A program made the translations under genes and the position numbers. From a virus, in IMG/VR virus record IMGVR_UViG_3300017992_000021, positions 1 to 64,000 of that record: DNA of 64,000 bases, one strand, 5' to 3'. Of the stretch, positions 8,738 to 17,297 are shown one piece after another; positions within the stretch are counted from its first letter, which is position 1; each line of letters starts with the position of its first letter. A model generated the notes under the pieces. It had not been told where the DNA came from, did not search any database, and saw only the letters and a list, made by a program, of their open reading frames with translations.

Positions 8738-8909
8738 TCTCCTTGCGACTCCAATCGTGGACATGATGAGTTTGACATAAGGCAGAATTTCGCAGGGACG
8801 CCTCACGGTTTCCCAACGGCAACCCGCCTGCCAACGGCCACTCATCGTGTGTAGGAGTCGCAACCTCACCGAACAGGTCGGCAGGCGGGTTTGTCATTTT
8901 TGGACTGGC

Positions 8910-9245
8910 ATGCTGAACGAGCACAACATCGTCGTGACAAAAACCGGACAAGGTTCCGCCCCGGCTGAGATTTGGCAGTGCTCCGAACTGACGTGGTTTG
9001 AGAAGGCGCTCTACAATTGTTTACGTGGTTTTCTAGGACGTGATAAACGCTGCTTTCCAAACAACGCGTCATTAGCTCGCAGACTCGGTGTCGAAAAATG
9101 CAGCATTCGACGCAGCATGATTCAATTAGAAATGAAAGAATTCATTTATCGGGTACCGAGGCAAGATGGAAAATCAGGACGAGAGATTATTTTCCGCTGG
9201 CACGCTATTTTTGATTCTGATGGAGATGCTCATGAGACTCGATAA
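8910..9245 (+). CDS. Winged-HTH protein, replication-initiator N-terminal type
   Basis: LTWFEKALYNCL...CFPNNASLARRLGVEKCSIRRSMIQLEMKEFIYR pattern; iterons immediately downstream. Confidence 0.75.
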   Translation: MLNEHNIVVTKTGQGSAPAEIWQCSELTWFEKALYNCLRGFLGRDKRCFPNNASLARRLGVEKCSIRRSMIQLEMKEFIYRVPRQDGKSGREIIFRWHAIFDSDGDAHETR

Positions 9246-9246
9246 G

Positions 9247-9331
9247 GGGGTACAACCTGTTACGCCGTTTGTAACAATCTGTTACGCCACCCGTAACAAC
9301 CTGTTACGCCGTTTGTAACAAATTGTACCCC
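9247..9331. repeat. Iteron-like array (4 units, ~22-bp period), putative replication origin
   Basis: GTAACAA(C/T)CTGTTACGCC-type units at 9250, 9271, 9293 and 9315; bounded by the inverted repeat GGGGTACAA/TTGTACCCC. Confidence 0.8.
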
Positions 9332-9430
9332 AGAGTCTTATACTGAGTATCTACTGAGTATCTTGTAATCTGAGAGATTACAAGGGCGACCGCTAACGCG
9401 GTCGCCGAAAATGGCTTTGAGGTTTTAATT

Positions 9431-10813
9431 ATGTCGAGACCGGAATTAATTTTCACCGAGCACGGTTTACACACATACGTAGCCGGTTATGAAAATTTAA
9501 ACATGTACGATTTACAAATACTCGTACATCATTTCCGTTCGGCATTATCCGTCTACGATGAAAATGGTAGAGCGGTGGAAAACTTCGATTCGCAACTGAT
9601 GTGTTTCCATCGCGGTCATACTCCTCGGGTAGCCAATTATTTCCATCAGCAAGGTTTCCCAATCCTGTGGCGGGCGAATTACCCTGATCGGTTACACGGC
9701 TTTGACGACACCCCACCTGCCGGTGAACTCCGAGGTTTGCAAGAGTGGGCTGTGCAGGAAATGTGCAAGCACGCTTATGGCATCGTCCGGCTAGCGACGC
9801 GGTTCGGGAAAAGCTACATGTACGCCGGGTGGTACGCTCGCGTAGGCAGACCGCGCACATTGATCTTGGTCCACAAGGAGGGCATCGCAAAGCAGATGCG
9901 CGGGGAGCTTGAGGAGTTCCTTGGCGAGCCTGTGGGAATCATCGCGCGCAGTACCGGCTTGAAAGACAACTGGCAGCGCCTCACCATCGGAATCGATAAG
10001 TCGTTCTTCGATGACGAAGACAAGCTACGTCCAGATCGCGGCGAGCAGTTGTACTACCTCGAAGCCCTCATCCGCGACGAGTGCCACAACTGCGGTGCGC
10101 TTGGTTACGACATCTACAACTACACGCCGAACCTGACGTACTCGTGGGGTGGCTCAGCCACGCCGTTCACGAAGGACGCGGTAAAAAACTTCAAGATCGA
10201 AGGACTTGCAGGACCCATCCGCGCAGAGGCGAAGGCAAAGCTGCTCGCTGAATACGGGCTAGTCGCCTACCTCCACTGCTACTGGATTAGATTCCACCAC
10301 TCGCCACTCGGCGACTGCCCTTGGCATAGTTTGTACCACAACTCGATCGTCAACAACAGCCAACGCAACAAGATCATAGCCGACACGTGCACCTTGCACC
10401 AAGGGCAAGGCTTGCAAGGTATCGTGTTCGTCGATAGAGTCGAGCACGGTAAGATCCTCAACAGCATGATTCCGGGTTCCGTGTTCGTGTCATCACAGAC
10501 GATGACGCCCACGGCTGCAAATAGGGTTAAAGACCAATTTAACGCGAAACAGATTCCTACGGTGATCACGACGAAAAAATGGCGCGAAGGAATCACGTTC
10601 TATGCGGACTACGCTTTCAACGCTGAGGGTATGTCGGCTGATCACGTAACGATTCAAAAAGCGGGCAGGCCGCTGATGCCACGCACCGATGGCAAGGCCG
10701 TGCTCTGGTATGACTTCATCGATTTCGGTGAACCAAGATTACACAACCAGTCACTCAATCGCTGGGAGTGCATGGAAGACGAAGGTTGGACCAACGAGGT
10801 GATAAATGGCTGA
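9431..10813 (+). CDS. SF2 DNA helicase (UvsW-like)
   Basis: LRGLQ; ATRFGKS; DECH; SATP; EGI; QKAGR motifs. Confidence 0.88.
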   Translation: MSRPELIFTEHGLHTYVAGYENLNMYDLQILVHHFRSALSVYDENGRAVENFDSQLMCFHRGHTPRVANYFHQQGFPILWRANYPDRLHGFDDTPPAGELRGLQEWAVQEMCKHAYGIVRLATRFGKSYMYAGWYARVGRPRTLILVHKEGIAKQMRGELEEFLGEPVGIIARSTGLKDNWQRLTIGIDKSFFDDEDKLRPDRGEQLYYLEALIRDECHNCGALGYDIYNYTPNLTYSWGGSATPFTKDAVKNFKIEGLAGPIRAEAKAKLLAEYGLVAYLHCYWIRFHHSPLGDCPWHSLYHNSIVNNSQRNKIIADTCTLHQGQGLQGIVFVDRVEHGKILNSMIPGSVFVSSQTMTPTAANRVKDQFNAKQIPTVITTKKWREGITFYADYAFNAEGMSADHVTIQKAGRPLMPRTDGKAVLWYDFIDFGEPRLHNQSLNRWECMEDEGWTNEVING

Positions 10814-11006
10814 AGACCTGACTAAAGACCAGCTTGACGAGTTGGCACGGCTGCTGGATGCGCCCGTTTACATACTCGGCGTGCCGCGCGATCAACTCGA
10901 TGTCCTTATCTCAATGGCTCGCAGAACGCTGAAGGCAGAACGTAAGTTGAAGAGGATTGAGGAAGATCAAAGCTGGGAGAAGTACCCAGATAGAATGGGT
11001 AAGTAA
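10806..11006 (+). CDS. Hypothetical protein
   Basis: Coupled ORF with GAGG RBS. Confidence 0.6.
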   Translation: MAEDLTKDQLDELARLLDAPVYILGVPRDQLDVLISMARRTLKAERKLKRIEEDQSWEKYPDRMGK

Positions 11007-11174
11007 ATGACTAAGAAACCGAGGAAACCTCCGAGAGAGCGATGCTACATCTGCGGGAAACTCCCAAAGCGGGGGCAAGAGTGTAGGTGGTACGATCCGG
11101 GGAGATACGGCGGGGTTGCTTATTGGGTCTGCCCGGACTGTTCGGAAAAGCAGAGAAAGAACCATCATGGCTAA
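11007..11174 (+). CDS. Small zinc-ribbon protein (55 aa)
   Basis: Hand translation MTKKPRKPPRERCYICG...VCPDCSEK; two CxxC pairs; fills the gap exactly. Confidence 0.6.
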   Translation: MTKKPRKPPRERCYICGKLPKRGQECRWYDPGRYGGVAYWVCPDCSEKQRKNHHG

Positions 11175-12591
11175 GAAATCCAAAGCAATACGCAGCCTTG
11201 AAGCACAACGCGAATACATGGCTGGTATTCAAGAGATCAGCGCGCCGGAATACATCCCGTTCCGCTCTGACCTTCTCAACCTGTTTGTCGGCGGCATCGG
11301 TTTTGGTGGCTTCACCGAAATCTCCGGCGATCCAAATCTATACAAGTCCACGATAGCGGCGGAGGTGATCGGGGCCGCTTTGACGATGGGGGCGCACGTC
11401 ATTGTCCACGACAAGGAGCGGAAGTTGGAGGAGAGCCGCTTCACGACGTTAGGCATTCACGGCGCCAACAAGCAGAACCCCAAGTTCTGGTATTTTCGTC
11501 AAGACTGGCCCCGGTACCGCTTAACGATCGAGCAGTACTTCCGCGACATGCTCGATCTTTTCACGGTGATCCGTAACGATGATCTCCAACGCGTTAAGCG
11601 TGAGTTCGAAGACAACAGCGCCAGCGATGAGGCGTACGAGTACTACCGCCGTTGCTTGCCGGAGAAAGAACGCACTAAAGCGCGCACCGCAGGTAGGGCA
11701 AAAACCGTCGCTAGCAAGCTAGTCATTCCGGCTCTACTGCGTAAACAGGATCGTTCCCGTATCCTGACGGTGCTGGACTCATCTACAGCGACGCCCGCCG
11801 ATGAAGAGGCGCCCGATGAGAACGGTGAGGTTGGCGGCGACGGCAAGGCACTACGGGCACGTGTCTGGTCCAAGGAACTCTGCAACATGATGTGGGCTGA
11901 CGATCGAGTGGCGGGTTTACACCTCGCGCAAAAACGCCTGCATCTGAACTTCGGCGGTCGCAGCTACAAGAAGGCAGCATCAACCACGGCGCAGGAGTTC
12001 TATTACAACTGCAGAATGATGACGATACCAATGGCGGGCGGCAGACTGACGCGTAATCCCGACGACGGCACGATCATCATCGGCAACCCGCAGAACGTCG
12101 CCAAAGAAAAGCAGATCAACCAGATCGGCCAGATAATACTCATGGCGATCCACAAAACGTTGCGAGGTGTAAAGACCGAGATACCGCTGTTCATGCTGGC
12201 CATGACCGGCACTGACGTCGTGAACTCCATGTGGCAATTCCTCGTACAACGCGGGCTGATCACGCACCACCACCAAGGTGCGTACAAGTTCAAGCACGGT
12301 ATGTTCTCACGGATCTGGCCTAACGAAACCTTCAAGCCGGTGGAGTTCATCAATTTCTATCGCAACGAGGGTCAGCGGTTGTGGGGCGTCTTGCAAGACT
12401 ACATGCACGTGATGCTGACCGGTGCTCCGATGGAGCAGCCTGCGGTGGAGGTCGAACTGCCGTCACCGTTCGACGAAGAACCAGAGTCGCCTAAAAAGCC
12501 AGCGAAGAAAAAGACGTCCACCAAGAAAAAGACGTCGAAAAAGAAAACCACCCGCAAGAAAGCGAGTAAGAAAAAGGGTAAGAAGAAATGA
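11167..12591 (+). CDS. RecA/UvsX-like recombinase (divergent)
   Basis: LLNLFVGGIGFGGFTEISGDPNLYKST; HDKE; LTVLDS; GGDGKALRAR; Lys-rich tail. Confidence 0.8.
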   Translation: MAKKSKAIRSLEAQREYMAGIQEISAPEYIPFRSDLLNLFVGGIGFGGFTEISGDPNLYKSTIAAEVIGAALTMGAHVIVHDKERKLEESRFTTLGIHGANKQNPKFWYFRQDWPRYRLTIEQYFRDMLDLFTVIRNDDLQRVKREFEDNSASDEAYEYYRRCLPEKERTKARTAGRAKTVASKLVIPALLRKQDRSRILTVLDSSTATPADEEAPDENGEVGGDGKALRARVWSKELCNMMWADDRVAGLHLAQKRLHLNFGGRSYKKAASTTAQEFYYNCRMMTIPMAGGRLTRNPDDGTIIIGNPQNVAKEKQINQIGQIILMAIHKTLRGVKTEIPLFMLAMTGTDVVNSMWQFLVQRGLITHHHQGAYKFKHGMFSRIWPNETFKPVEFINFYRNEGQRLWGVLQDYMHVMLTGAPMEQPAVEVELPSPFDEEPESPKKPAKKKTSTKKKTSKKKTTRKKASKKKGKKK

Positions 12592-12776
12592 TCGATACGA
12601 GTTCACACAAAAAGTGCCTGCAGTTGATCGATGAGTGGACCAATGACCTCAAGGAGATGGTGCAGAACCACTTGATACCGGGCAAGGTGCGTTCAGAGGA
12701 ATACCAGAACGGGTTTATGGCTGGCTGTGCGGCAGTCGCAAACATGGCTGAACGTGCATTGGAGAGACTGAAATGA
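12588..12776 (+). CDS. Hypothetical protein
   Basis: ATGA coupling. Confidence 0.6.
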   Translation: MIDTSSHKKCLQLIDEWTNDLKEMVQNHLIPGKVRSEEYQNGFMAGCAAVANMAERALERLK

Positions 12777-12994
12777 GTGACCGTTGCTGTAAAAACTGCC
12801 ACTACTGGGTTGAGTTCACAGAATGCGAACTCAACCTAAAACTCGGTAAACAGGACCACGGCGAATGTATGGGCGTACCACCAACTCCCGTACACTTACC
12901 GCCGGATACTCCGTGGGAAGTCAAAAGGATGGTCCAGCCCGTAACGCACGGTGCTAGACCAAGATGCGCGCACTGGGAGGGGAAACGTGAATAA
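12773..12994 (+). CDS. Small Cys-rich protein
   Basis: CKNCHYW...GEC...C pattern; ATGA coupling. Confidence 0.65.
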   Translation: MSDRCCKNCHYWVEFTECELNLKLGKQDHGECMGVPPTPVHLPPDTPWEVKRMVQPVTHGARPRCAHWEGKRE

Positions 12995-13934
12995 CCAGCA
13001 ACCCACGCTGATAATTGACGCCCACAATTTAGCGCACAGGGCAGCGCACGCCTACGACCTTTGGCAAGGTGAGGTGTTCACTGGTCTTTTTCATGGGGTC
13101 TTTAAGATGCTGATGACCTACATCAAGGACATCAAGCCTGCGAAGATCGCTATCGTGTCCGACCCGATGAACCCCGATGAAAAACGATCGTGGCGGCACA
13201 ACTTCTTACCCACGTACAAGAACCGCGCACCTAAACGCGATGAGAAAGCACAGCGGCGGTACACCGCGATCCAACGGCAGCTAATTGAACTCAAGCACGC
13301 GATGCTAATGCTGCCGCTGTACTGGTTCGAGCAAGGCTACAACGAAGCCGACGACGTTATCGGGTCCGTCTGCAAGTACCTATGGCCCGACGAGCAGAAA
13401 GTGATCGTGTCCACGGACAAGGACATGTTCCAGCTTGTTGATAACAACACCAAGGTCTTCTACCCCGGCTACAAGAACCGCATGTGGGTGTCTGCTGCGG
13501 ATTTCTCGAATCAGATGGCCCGCTTCGTGGAGCACAACAAGAAGGTTCCCCTCGAAGAGTGGTGGCACCCGGAAAATACCCGTCAGTGGCTTGAGTACCG
13601 CATCCTGCGCGGCGACACCAGCGACTGCATTCCCGGCCTTAGGGGCGTCGGCGTGAAAAAGGCGTGGGAGATCATGAAGGACGGCGGCTTCGCTGCCCAC
13701 TGTGAGAAAGTCGAAGGCGGTAGTCGGAAAATCGACAAGTACCTCACAAGCGCAGAGGCAGCCAACACCTACAGCACAAATTTGTACTTGATGTCGCTAC
13801 CAAGTCCGATGGCGACTCACATTTTGTTCGACTCAGGGCACCACCAGTACTCGACAGGCAATTTGCAGGGCTTTATCGCTTGGTGCGAGCGGTATGGACT
13901 TAAAGAGATCCAGAAAATAACAACGATGGTCTAA
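12987..13934 (+). CDS. 5'-3' exonuclease / flap endonuclease (T4 RNase H-like)
   Basis: IDAHN; YKNR; EADDVIG; STDKD; GDTSDCIPGLRGVGVKKA (H3TH). Confidence 0.92.
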   Translation: MNNQQPTLIIDAHNLAHRAAHAYDLWQGEVFTGLFHGVFKMLMTYIKDIKPAKIAIVSDPMNPDEKRSWRHNFLPTYKNRAPKRDEKAQRRYTAIQRQLIELKHAMLMLPLYWFEQGYNEADDVIGSVCKYLWPDEQKVIVSTDKDMFQLVDNNTKVFYPGYKNRMWVSAADFSNQMARFVEHNKKVPLEEWWHPENTRQWLEYRILRGDTSDCIPGLRGVGVKKAWEIMKDGGFAAHCEKVEGGSRKIDKYLTSAEAANTYSTNLYLMSLPSPMATHILFDSGHHQYSTGNLQGFIAWCERYGLKEIQKITTMV

Positions 13935-13961
13935 CGACCGGCTTTCTTCGATGGAGAGCAG

Positions 13962-15029
13962 ATGAACTTGATCCGCACACCCGACAAGGTTATCGCTGTA
14001 GTAGGCGGTGACCACCATATGCACCCTTGGCCGCAGTACAACGACGTGAGTACCAGCGTATTCGGTTCGCGTATTGATCGCAGCCTAGAGTCGCTCGCAG
14101 AAGGCGCTGAGGCCGCGTGCTTCTACGAAGTTCCATTAATCATCAACGGCGACCTGATGCACACCAAGAACTCCATACCGCCGCACGTGCTTTTAGCACT
14201 ACGAGGGCATTTCCACAGGTACGAGGATGTCTATCACTTCATCAACACCGGCAACCATGAACGCCCTGATAAGTCAGGCATTACTACGCTCGATATCCTG
14301 AACGAATTTAACAACGTACTTGTGTACTCCACTCCAGCGCCAGTCCTCCTACCAATCGATGAAAGCAGACCTGATGTTTACACCAATCAGGTGGCGGTGG
14401 TTATGTTGCCGTGGACGTACGAGCCAGCGGGCTTTATTAAAGACGCCAAAGCTGAAGCACAGGTAGCGCGTGAAACGGGAGTAAAACACGTGGTATTGCT
14501 GGCGCATTACCCGGTGTGTGGTGCCAAGCTAGGTACAGGCACCACCCTCAATGAAGCCCCCGGCTACGAGTCGTTCTTGCCGGAGCACTACGATCTCTTG
14601 CTGTTCAATGATATCCACAAGCAGCAACCCGTCGGCGATAAGGGCTACCACTTAGGCGCCACCCACGCCAACAGCTTCAGTGACGCCGATTATGATTGTC
14701 ATTGGTGGCTTCTCGGCGTGGATGCCAGCGGCCCGTGTATATGGCCTGTAAAAACGAAAATTTCAGGGTTCAAAATTGCGACAACTGAAGATGAAGCTGA
14801 TCAGCTTACTGAGGCAGGTCACTTCACGAAAATAAACATTGAGGCGAGTATACAAAAACAAGTGACACACGCGGAATTACCTCGCATTGCAACAGCAACG
14901 GACAACCTCGCGGATTTAATCGACGGGTACTTCACCGCGAATAACGGCTATAAACTGGATCTGACACCCGAAGAGGTGCAATGTGCAAAGGAGCGTATCA
15001 CGTGGGCGATAAACCAAGCGAAGGTGTGA
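13962..15029 (+). CDS. SbcD/Mre11-like metallophosphoesterase nuclease
   Basis: GDHH; NGDLMH; GNHE; LAH; DIH motifs. Confidence 0.85.
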   Translation: MNLIRTPDKVIAVVGGDHHMHPWPQYNDVSTSVFGSRIDRSLESLAEGAEAACFYEVPLIINGDLMHTKNSIPPHVLLALRGHFHRYEDVYHFINTGNHERPDKSGITTLDILNEFNNVLVYSTPAPVLLPIDESRPDVYTNQVAVVMLPWTYEPAGFIKDAKAEAQVARETGVKHVVLLAHYPVCGAKLGTGTTLNEAPGYESFLPEHYDLLLFNDIHKQQPVGDKGYHLGATHANSFSDADYDCHWWLLGVDASGPCIWPVKTKISGFKIATTEDEADQLTEAGHFTKINIEASIQKQVTHAELPRIATATDNLADLIDGYFTANNGYKLDLTPEEVQCAKERITWAINQAKV

Positions 15030-15454
15030 AGCGCGTATTTGATGACGACCTAGACAAGATAATCGAAGAACTAGGTAGCGTAGAAGAACGCATGGGTGAC
15101 GGCGATAGGGTCCATGCACGCACGCCACTAAACCGCGAAGCACTGAAGGACCTCGCAAGCATCTGCAGTGAGTTGAAACGTCTGCGGAAAATGGAAAAGC
15201 GGGTGCAGCGCCAGCGATTAAATGAGTCCTACTACGGATACTGCGATAAATGTGCCCATAATCGCGGGGAACGACATGTCTTCATGCGGGGCAGCGAGAC
15301 GTACTGCACCTACTTCGGCTGGCACGACAAATTCGGATGCCCGCACTTCGAGCTAGCCGAAGGGAGAGAACTCAACGAGAGCGAACTAGAAATGAAGTCC
15401 TTGATCGAAGAGGCGAGGAAGGAATCGAACGGTGAAACTGATAACCAAGGTTGA
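15026..15454 (+). CDS. Hypothetical protein with Cys cluster
   Basis: GTGA coupling; CDKCAH...C...C. Confidence 0.6.
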   Translation: MKRVFDDDLDKIIEELGSVEERMGDGDRVHARTPLNREALKDLASICSELKRLRKMEKRVQRQRLNESYYGYCDKCAHNRGERHVFMRGSETYCTYFGWHDKFGCPHFELAEGRELNESELEMKSLIEEARKESNGETDNQG

Positions 15455-15668
15455 AACAGGTTTTGCAAATTGCGACCACGATGACACGTACGAAATCACC
15501 CGTGAAGAACTATCGCATTGCAAAACCGCTGAAGATGTTGAGAAATACATCGATGAAGCCGTAGCGACCGAGATAGCCAATTACATTAGCGGACACGGCT
15601 GGTTCGTCCACAACGGCAAAGAACTCGATGCGGATGCTGTGCTGGAGTGGGCAAAGGGAGAAGCATGA
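15432..15668 (+). CDS. Hypothetical acidic protein
   Basis: GTG start after AAGGA RBS. Confidence 0.6.
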   Translation: MKLITKVETGFANCDHDDTYEITREELSHCKTAEDVEKYIDEAVATEIANYISGHGWFVHNGKELDADAVLEWAKGEA

Positions 15669-15925
15669 AACGACTTAGGCATTTCTTAGCTACGTACTGG
15701 TTCCGATTGTGGGGGCGGTATTGGTGTGAGGCAGCAGAAGCACTAGTCTCGTGGGCGCTCATGGCGTTACTGGTACCGGTGCTCATTTTATTAACGGCGG
15801 TTTGTCCGATACGTGCGCTCATTGACGTGTGTCGCGGACGGCTTTCACGTAAATGCAAGACTACCGGCACATGGCTCCACTACAACCCGAGGGACAAAAC
15901 GTGGCGTGGTGAGATCGAACTATAG
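15665..15925 (+). CDS. Hypothetical membrane protein
   Basis: One hydrophobic segment; ATGA coupling. Confidence 0.5.
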   Translation: MKRLRHFLATYWFRLWGRYWCEAAEALVSWALMALLVPVLILLTAVCPIRALIDVCRGRLSRKCKTTGTWLHYNPRDKTWRGEIEL

Positions 15926-15949
15926 CGCAGGAAAGGTAAGAAAATCACA

Positions 15950-16228
15950 ATGGCTAAGAGACAAGCACGTAAAGTTGATGCGACCAACCCCGGCCACTAC
16001 ATCGATGAGAAAATGGAACCCATCGAGGTTATCGATGCGATGGGTATCAGCGAGGGGTTTTGTGTCGGTAACGCGATTAAGTACCTCATGCGATTCGAGC
16101 ACAAGAACGGCGTGGAGGATCTTCGTAAAGCCCGCTGGTATCTGAACTACGCAATTGCAAAGAAACTAGGCGCAGCATGTGAAGATGCAATCGCATACGC
16201 CCGCGCCAAACATTCGGGAGATAGATAA
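15950..16228 (+). CDS. DUF3310-family (T7 gp1.7-like) protein
   Basis: NPGHY...EPIEVI...GFCVGNAIKYLMR...KNGVEDLRKARWYL. Confidence 0.88.
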   Translation: MAKRQARKVDATNPGHYIDEKMEPIEVIDAMGISEGFCVGNAIKYLMRFEHKNGVEDLRKARWYLNYAIAKKLGAACEDAIAYARAKHSGDR

Positions 16229-16962
16229 TGAGCACACTGACCGTCGTTGAACCGAAATTCGAATTGATGACCGAACCAGAAGAGTTCAAGTTCATCATGC
16301 GGAAGCTGGAGCGCGCTGGCCGCACCTGCTATAAATCCGAAAAAGCCATGCGTGAGGATTCGGCTGATGACTTCATCAAGAAGATCATCGATAGCGGCCA
16401 TGAGTCCGTCATTGAGCACGCTGTAATTACAGGTCGGTGTATCGGGTCTCGTTCGATGTCACACCAGCTTGTGCGACATCGCATCGCCGCTTACTCACAA
16501 GAGTCGCAGCGGTACTGTGACTACAGCGGCGACGGCGATGAAGGCTTGCGGATTATCGTGCCGCCATCTGTCGGGAAGATCGTTCCGGGTGTGTATCATA
16601 AACCGGGTGATGCGTCGTACTGGCATCCTGTCGAGGGCACGGGTGCTGAGATTCCCGACGGCGGTCTGGTGCCTGATAAGATCACGATGTATATGGACTC
16701 GGTTGCGGCGTCGTATCAGGCGTATCAGGATTTGCGCGAGCATGGTATCAAGCCGGAAGACGCCCGCGAACTATTACCCAACGCCACCAAGACTGAGGTC
16801 GTGACCACCTACAATTTGCGTACGTGGCGACACGTCTTCCGCGAGCGGGCGCTCAATTCACACGCCCAGTGGCAGATCAAGAAAATCATGCGCGAGGCGC
16901 TAGCCATTTTCGCAGAATACCTGCCGGTTATTTTCGGCGACCTACAGGAACAGGTAAAATGA
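16228..16962 (+). CDS. thyX: Flavin-dependent thymidylate synthase
   Basis: GHESVIEH; RHRIAAYSQESQRY; EDARELLP; HAQWQI. Confidence 0.95.
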   Translation: MSTLTVVEPKFELMTEPEEFKFIMRKLERAGRTCYKSEKAMREDSADDFIKKIIDSGHESVIEHAVITGRCIGSRSMSHQLVRHRIAAYSQESQRYCDYSGDGDEGLRIIVPPSVGKIVPGVYHKPGDASYWHPVEGTGAEIPDGGLVPDKITMYMDSVAASYQAYQDLREHGIKPEDARELLPNATKTEVVTTYNLRTWRHVFRERALNSHAQWQIKKIMREALAIFAEYLPVIFGDLQEQVK

Positions 16963-17231
16963 ATAGAACGACTGACATTAAATGGGACGGCTGGCTGAAG
17001 CACGCCGACATCATCAAGAAAATCAAGTATAACATCGCCAAACTGTGGGACGCCGGAGGGGAGCCGAATATCGTCGTTGTTCCAAAACAATTCAGGGCAC
17101 TCGCTGGTAGCGTCATCCTTGGGTGTAAAGTTGTAACAAGCCACGAGTACAACGACCCGGAGCGTATCTACGTCTTCGATACCAACAAGCTCGACCCGAA
17201 GCTGGAATTAACAGCGACACCCAACAAGTAG
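16959..17231 (+). CDS. Hypothetical protein
   Basis: ATG at 16959 overlapping the thyX stop. Confidence 0.55.
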   Translation: MNRTTDIKWDGWLKHADIIKKIKYNIAKLWDAGGEPNIVVVPKQFRALAGSVILGCKVVTSHEYNDPERIYVFDTNKLDPKLELTATPNK

Positions 17232-17285
17232 GTTTCCTAAAATGGGGTGGTTTCCCACGTGGGAAACCACCTGAAAATAGGAAAC
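17232..17285. repeat. 26-bp perfect palindrome with outer inverted arms
   Basis: GGTGGTTTCCCAC|GTGGGAAACCACC (17246-17271) plus GTTTCCTA/TAGGAAAC. Confidence 0.85.
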
Positions 17286-17297
17286 TCGGAGACGCTC

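Noticed and set aside
9247-9331. Mini CRISPR array
   Set aside because: Units are adjacent with only ~4 variable bases, there are no spacers and no cas genes; an iteron array fits better
11560-11770. Intein in the RecA-like insertion (terminase and portal insertions also checked)
   Set aside because: No N-terminal Cys/Ser with C-terminal His-Asn splice motifs, and too short
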